From Octopus vulgaris (taxonomy: Eukaryota): a stretch of 64,000 nt of DNA. The translations under genes and the position numbers were made by a program. Each line of letters starts with the position of its first letter. Position 1 is the first letter of the stretch. The notes beneath the pieces were generated by a model. The model saw nothing but the letters and a program-made list of their open reading frames with translations, did not search any database and had not been told where the DNA came from. Location of the stretch: contig OX597840.1 in NCBI GenBank assembly GCA_951406725.2, positions 5,766,001 to 5,830,000 of the forward strand, in the 5' to 3' direction. This document shows, piece after piece, positions 57,641 to 64,000 of this stretch.

Positions 57641-58240
57641 TGATTAAAGGGTTGGATGGGTGCTGATGAACCAGCAAAAACTCCCGGAATATGGCACATT
57701 TTTTACCCATTACCCATTTTTCATCTTCAAGCTCATTATTGTTCACATCTGTCATCTCGGATACAAAATGTCATAACAAAATCAGAAAACCTTAACAAGC
57801 GATGTAAAGCACAGCTAACACAGTAGTACACGTTATTGACGTATAAAAACGTTTAATATGCTTTATGGTTGCATAACGAAATATTGTGTCGCTAATGTTT
57901 ATGTACACAGCTGCCAGGAGTGTGTTTAATATGTAAACTGGTAAATCCAATAGTGTTCATCATCATCGTTTAACATCCATCTTTCATGCATGCATGGGTA
58001 CGCCGTAATATTTAGTGTCTATTTAAGCGATGAGTTTGTGGATGATTAAGGATTGGATGGGTACTGACGAAGCAGCAAGAACTCCTGAAATATGTATATA
58101 CAACCATTGCCCTTTTTTCATCTTCGATCTCATTGTTGTTTACATTAGGTATAGTCGGATACGAAACATCGTAACAAATCAGTGCTGGCTCTAGTTTCTA
58201 TAGAGAATCTGTACAGATGACCTTAACAAGGGATGTAAAG
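57641..58240 (+). mobile_element. Old HHR-bearing element with ~402-bp period direct repeats
   Basis: 57641-57810 resembles 58043-58240; the second copy has gta CTGACGA agcag caagaa ctcct GAAA tat GTA tat, the first CTGATGA...GGAA. Confidence 0.55.
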
Positions 58241-58250
58241 TGCATATATT

Positions 58251-58778
58251 GGCGTAGGAGTGGCTGTGTGGTAAGTAGCTTGCTTACCAACCACATGGTT
58301 CCAGGTTCAGTCCTACTGCATGGCACCTTGGGCAAGTGTCTTCTACTATAGCTTCGGGCCGACCAAAGCCTTGTGACAGGATTTGGTAGACGGAAACTGA
58401 AAGAAGCCCGTCGTATGTATGTATATATATATATGTATGTGTGTGTGTATATATTTGTGTGTTTGTGTTTGTCCCCCCAACATCGCTTGACAACCGATGG
58501 TGGTGTGTTTACGCCCCCGAAACTTAGCGGTTCGGCAAAAGGAGACCGATAGAATAAGTACTAGGCATCCAAAGAATTAGTCCTGGAGTTTGAATCTCAG
58601 ACCGGGCGATGTGTGTGGTTATGAGCGAAACACCTAAGCTCCACGCGGCTCCGGCAGAACATAATGGCGAACTTCTGCTGACTCTTTCGCCACAACTTTT
58701 CTCTCACTCTTTCCTCCTGCTCGACTAAAGGTGGTGCTCCAGCATGGCCTCAGTCAAATGACTGAAACAGAAGAGTAA
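58251..58778 (+). mobile_element. SINE A with a nested SINE C-like fragment (~58590-58720)
   Basis: Family motifs. Confidence 0.75.
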
Positions 58779-59379
58779 AGGAAACATTGAATCCGATGCG
58801 ATCCTCCGTAAAATCTAGTGACGTATAATTCCATTTCTCTAAGGCGTTGCCAAAGTTAAAAATGCACTGTATGCGGCAAAAATACCGCCCATATTTTACA
58901 CAGTCATTCCTGTGGCTCTAATAAAGTTGAGCTAAAAATATAGGTAACTTCATAAAGGTAATGCTTTGCCGTTTTCTGTTATAGTTAATATTTTAGTTTA
59001 AAAGGATGAACACTGTGCATTTGCTGTATGAACGTATATAAATTGTGGTGAATTAGATGGTATTTTGTCGCACCCTTTGTAACATCTGTGTTCGAGTTCT
59101 CTGCTCAAACATTTAAAATGTCATCTGAGTGGTGTAGTGTAGAAGCTGTGCTAAACAGTTTCTACTACCTCGTAAACCCAGCTGGCGGGTATGTTTTACG
59201 GGTACACATAATGCACAGAGAATGAGAGAGAGAGGGAGAGAGAGAGAGAGAGAGAGCGAGAGAGCCAGAAAAATAGAAAGGCAAACAGATAGATAAATAG
59301 ATGGATATGTGTTTGGGTAGTTGGGTAGGTAGGTAGGTAGGTAGGTAGGTAGGTAAGTAGATGGGTAGGTTGATAGATG

Positions 59380-59810
<431 letters not shown>

Positions 59811-60062
59811 CAGAACAATAGAAAAACACCGTAATGAGAGTAGGACTAGAAAGGTACGTTGAGTGGACTGTCGAGGGTGGGTGGGTGAGTGAGTTAGGTG
59901 GTGGTGATGGTAGCGGTGGTGGTGGCGTAGCTGCGGGGTGGTGACGGTGGGGACAGCAGCGATAATGGTGGTAATGGGTAAATGATGGAATTGACGAAGG
60001 GTTGTTAAACGGTGGGTGGGACACAAGAAATGTACATACATACATACATCTTTTGAATATGT

Positions 60063-60174
<112 letters not shown>

Positions 60175-60195
60175 GTACATATATATATATGTATG

Positions 60196-60255
<60 letters not shown>

Positions 60256-60486
60256 GTATGTATATATATATATGTATATATATATGTTGGTGAAGAGGGG
60301 TGGGGTCGAATGTGTTTGTTTATAAGAATGTGTGTGTTGTGTTTGCGGGGTGGGGCGCAGCAGATGAGGTTCGGGTAGGAGAAGCGTAGGTGAATGGCTT
60401 AGCGTGGGACCTCTTTAACGCGTACAGACATGTGAGAAGTTGTAACTACGCTTGTATGTATGTATGTATATATATATGTATGTATA

Positions 60487-60544
<58 letters not shown>

Positions 60545-60658
60545 ATGTATGTATATATGTATGTATATATGTATGTATATATATGTATATATATATATAT
60601 ATTCTTCTTGCTTCCAAGCAAGTATATATATATGTATATATATATGTATAAATACACA

Positions 60659-60737
<79 letters not shown>

Positions 60738-60815
60738 ATATATATACCCCCACACGATCGTGTATGAGTTTTTGTTTATATGACCGTAAATACGTTCGGA
60801 TGGGCGCGTAGTTAC

Positions 60816-60927
<112 letters not shown>

Positions 60928-61334
60928 GTGTAGGTATGTGCGTGCGAGTATGTATGCGCATGAAAATATGTGCTGTGTTTGTGTGTCCTTACATGTGTGG
61001 AACGTAGGATAAATCCGAAAATAAACGCTTCTCTCTCTTTGCGCCTCTCTCTCACTCTTTTTCGCTTTCTCTTTCCTCCACCGACCCTACCCCCACCTGT
61101 TTCCCCCCACTGCTAAAGCAACGAGTCAAGTCATTAATCTATATTGTATTACACCACATACCCTTATCACACCCCATCCATAGAACACTGAACTGAACGA
61201 CGACGGAGGTGGATGTACATGTGTGTGTGTGAGTGTGGAGGTGGTGAAGGTATGGAAGACGGGACGTGACGGAATAGTAGTATATGTATGCCTGTGTGTG
61301 TATGTTTTAGTGTGTGTGTGTGAGAGAGAGAGAG

Positions 61335-61377
<43 letters not shown>

Positions 61378-61412
61378 TGTTGGGTGAGTGTGTGTTCGCT
61401 TGTTTATCTTCG

Positions 61413-61682
<270 letters not shown>

Positions 61683-61733
61683 TCTGTCTCTGCCTATTTT
61701 TATCTAGTTAGCTATGTGTTTGACCCTCTCTTC

Positions 61734-61769
<36 letters not shown>

Positions 61770-62003
61770 GTATTTATCTATAATATATGCATATATATGT
61801 ATTTTCATATATATACGCATGTATGTATATAACTACACAGACATACGCACATATATGCCCGTATATTTATTATTTCTTCTTCAAGCACAAGGCCCTGAGT
61901 AGAAATAATAAATATATGGGTATATATTATTTACGTCGGGCTCCAGTATGACCGCAGCCGCATGGCTCAAGCGAGTAAAAGAATAAAAGAGAATATATGT
62001 ACG

Positions 62004-62053
<50 letters not shown>

Positions 62054-62122
62054 AAATTAAAGAAGGAAAATGCACTCACTACATAGTTTTAATATATTTT
62101 TTTATATATCTTGTATTGTGTT

Positions 62123-62155
62123 TGTCGACCGGTTTCGCTTTCGCTATTCATGACA
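62123..62155 (-). ncRNA. 33-nt ultra-minimal hammerhead-like motif, A3-U8 core
   Basis: Minus: tgtc ATGAATA gc gaaa gc GAAA ccg GTC gaca; identical to 63329-63361. Confidence 0.65.
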
Positions 62156-62641
62156 TTAAAATTTATTTAAATACATATTTTCTTAAAAAGAAATTTTTTG
62201 ATCCATGTTGTGTGTGAAATTTATGACTAGGAAGATACATTGAGTTGACTGGCGAAGAGAAGCGGGTTTAGGTTGTGGTGATGGTAGCGGTGGTGTATAC
62301 ATATGTATATATTCATATGTGTGTGTGTGTGCGTGTATGTGTGTGGGGGGGAGGCACAATGGCACAGTGGTTAGGGCAACGGACTCGCGGTCGTAGGATC
62401 GCGGTTTCGATTCCCAGACCGGGCGTTGTGAGTGTTTATTGAGCAAAAACACCTAAAAGCTCCACGAGCTCCGGCGATCCCTGCTGTAAACTTTCCCAAC
62501 AACTTTCTCTCACTCTTTCTTCTGTTGGTCCGCTCGCTTAGCCAGCGTGGTGGCGTCATTTGAAGGCTAAAACAATGCGAAGCGCATTGTGACCAGCGAT
62601 GTGTAGCAATATCTGTTAGCCTGGTCGGTCACGGTGATCAT

Positions 62642-62685
<44 letters not shown>

Positions 62686-62879
62686 TATTTATATTATTAT
62701 ACACATATATATTATGTTGTTTCACATGAAATGTCGCATTTTTAATTACTTGTTATTTCAGTCAAATAAAAAACCCAATTATGTATACCTTGCATTTAAT
62801 CTTGACTTTTTTTCTTTCCCAAAAATACTGGTATACAAAATTCGTACCCACAGACCTTATGGAAATGATAACACCCAAA

Positions 62880-63835
62880 CCATGTTGAGTGATTTTCTCC
62901 TATGAGTACAAACCGGGTCACTCTGCCGCAGAAACTCTACGGAATATCAAGCGGTCATTTGGTAATGGTTTTGTTGTCATCAGAACTGTTCAGAGATGAT
63001 TCCAAAGCTCTCGTTCAAGAGATGATAGCCTTAAAAATAAACCAAAGGTTAGGCCCAAATCAGTTATTTGGCGTGATGGATTAAATGCTTTGATTGAACA
63101 AACCCCGAGAAAGGTTCGAAAACTTTCATCAGAACTCCAGACAACACGCACAACTGTTTTTGGACACCTGTAAAAATTTGGAAAAGTCAAGAAAACGGAT
63201 AGCTTTGTTCCACATCAACTGAACGAGACCCAAAAATATAGACGCCTCGAAGTGTGCTCCCTATTGCTTTTTCGACTTCAAAAAGACCAAATCATTTTTA
63301 AGAAAATATGTATTTAAATAAATTTTAATGTCATGAATAGCGAAAGCGAAACCGGTCGACAAACACATATATATATATATATAAAAATACATACATACAT
63401 ACATACATACATTGTGATGAGAAATGGACACTCTTCGACAACAGCAAGAGAACAGGACAGCGATTAGATTACCCAAACCCACCATTGCACTCTAAAAAGT
63501 TAGTGGTCACTGTATGGTGGTCTGTGAAGGGAGTTATTCATTTTTCATTTTTGCAACTAAGAAAAACGGTAACAGCAACATAATATTGCCAGGAAACTGG
63601 CAATACGATGTTGCTGTTACCGTATACATGATAATTTGAAAAAGAAGCAACCTAGACTAGTGACTAGAGATGGCCCAATTTTTCTCCACGACAATGCAGG
63701 TCCTTACACTCCTCAAGCTAAGGTCCAAAAGTTGAAAAGCCTGAATTATGAAAGTTTGCAACATCCTACATATTCCCCTGATATCCTTCTCACTGATCAT
63801 CACTTAGTTAAGCATTTTGAGCTTTTTATAAGCAA
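62880..63835 (+). pseudogene. mariner (DD34D-type) transposase pseudogene, interrupted by an HHR-bearing insert
   Basis: FVPHQL, CDEKW, VTVWWS.KGVIH, FLHDNA, HPTYSPD...D motifs; multiple stops and frameshifts. Confidence 0.85.
63329..63361 (+). ncRNA. 33-nt ultra-minimal hammerhead-like motif, A3-U8 core
   Basis: tgtc ATGAATA gc gaaa gc GAAA ccg GTC gaca: helix I tgtc/gaca, 2-bp helix II with GAAA tetraloop, palindromic ACCGGT, GUC triplet. Confidence 0.65.
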
Positions 63836-63843
63836 TTTTTTGG

Positions 63844-64000
63844 GGAAGCACTCCGTCGGTTACGACGACGAGGGTTCCGGTTGATCCGATCAACGGAACA
63901 GCCTGCTCGTGAAATTAACGTGTAAGTGGCTGAGCACTCCACAGACACGTGTACCCTTAACGTAGTTCTCGGGGATATTCAGCGTGACACAGAGCGTGAC
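63844..64000 (-). mobile_element. SINE C 3' part (runs off the window)
   Basis: Matches 24712-24870. Confidence 0.8.

Overview
Eukaryotic, AT-rich, microsatellite-saturated genomic DNA. The repeat landscape (tRNA-derived SINEs, R4/Dong-like and RTE LINE fragments, Tc1/mariner, Helitron, (TA)n/(TAGA)n/(TAA)n arrays) looks like an octopus-type cephalopod genome; the taxon is an inference. Almost all ORFs in the track are microsatellite artefacts. One real host gene is supported, on the minus strand. Coding exon 1 (40625-40097: signal peptide, poly-Ser, RRKRR) splices in frame across a ~32-kb intron to exon 2 (8156-7647: Cys-rich, then the start of a peptidase C13/legumain-like fold), and the gene continues past the left edge. 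The most striking unannotated signal is about 19 minimal type-I hammerhead-ribozyme (HHR) motifs from several families. They sit in short (TA)n-flanked elements with direct repeats plus inverted ends, a Penelope-like/retrozyme architecture. Several carry compensatory changes at the catalytic-core 3:8 pair (C-G, U.G, U-A, A-U), and one pair shows helix II covariation, which suggests selection for RNA structure. All folds were read by eye and coordinates of degenerate repeats are approximate.
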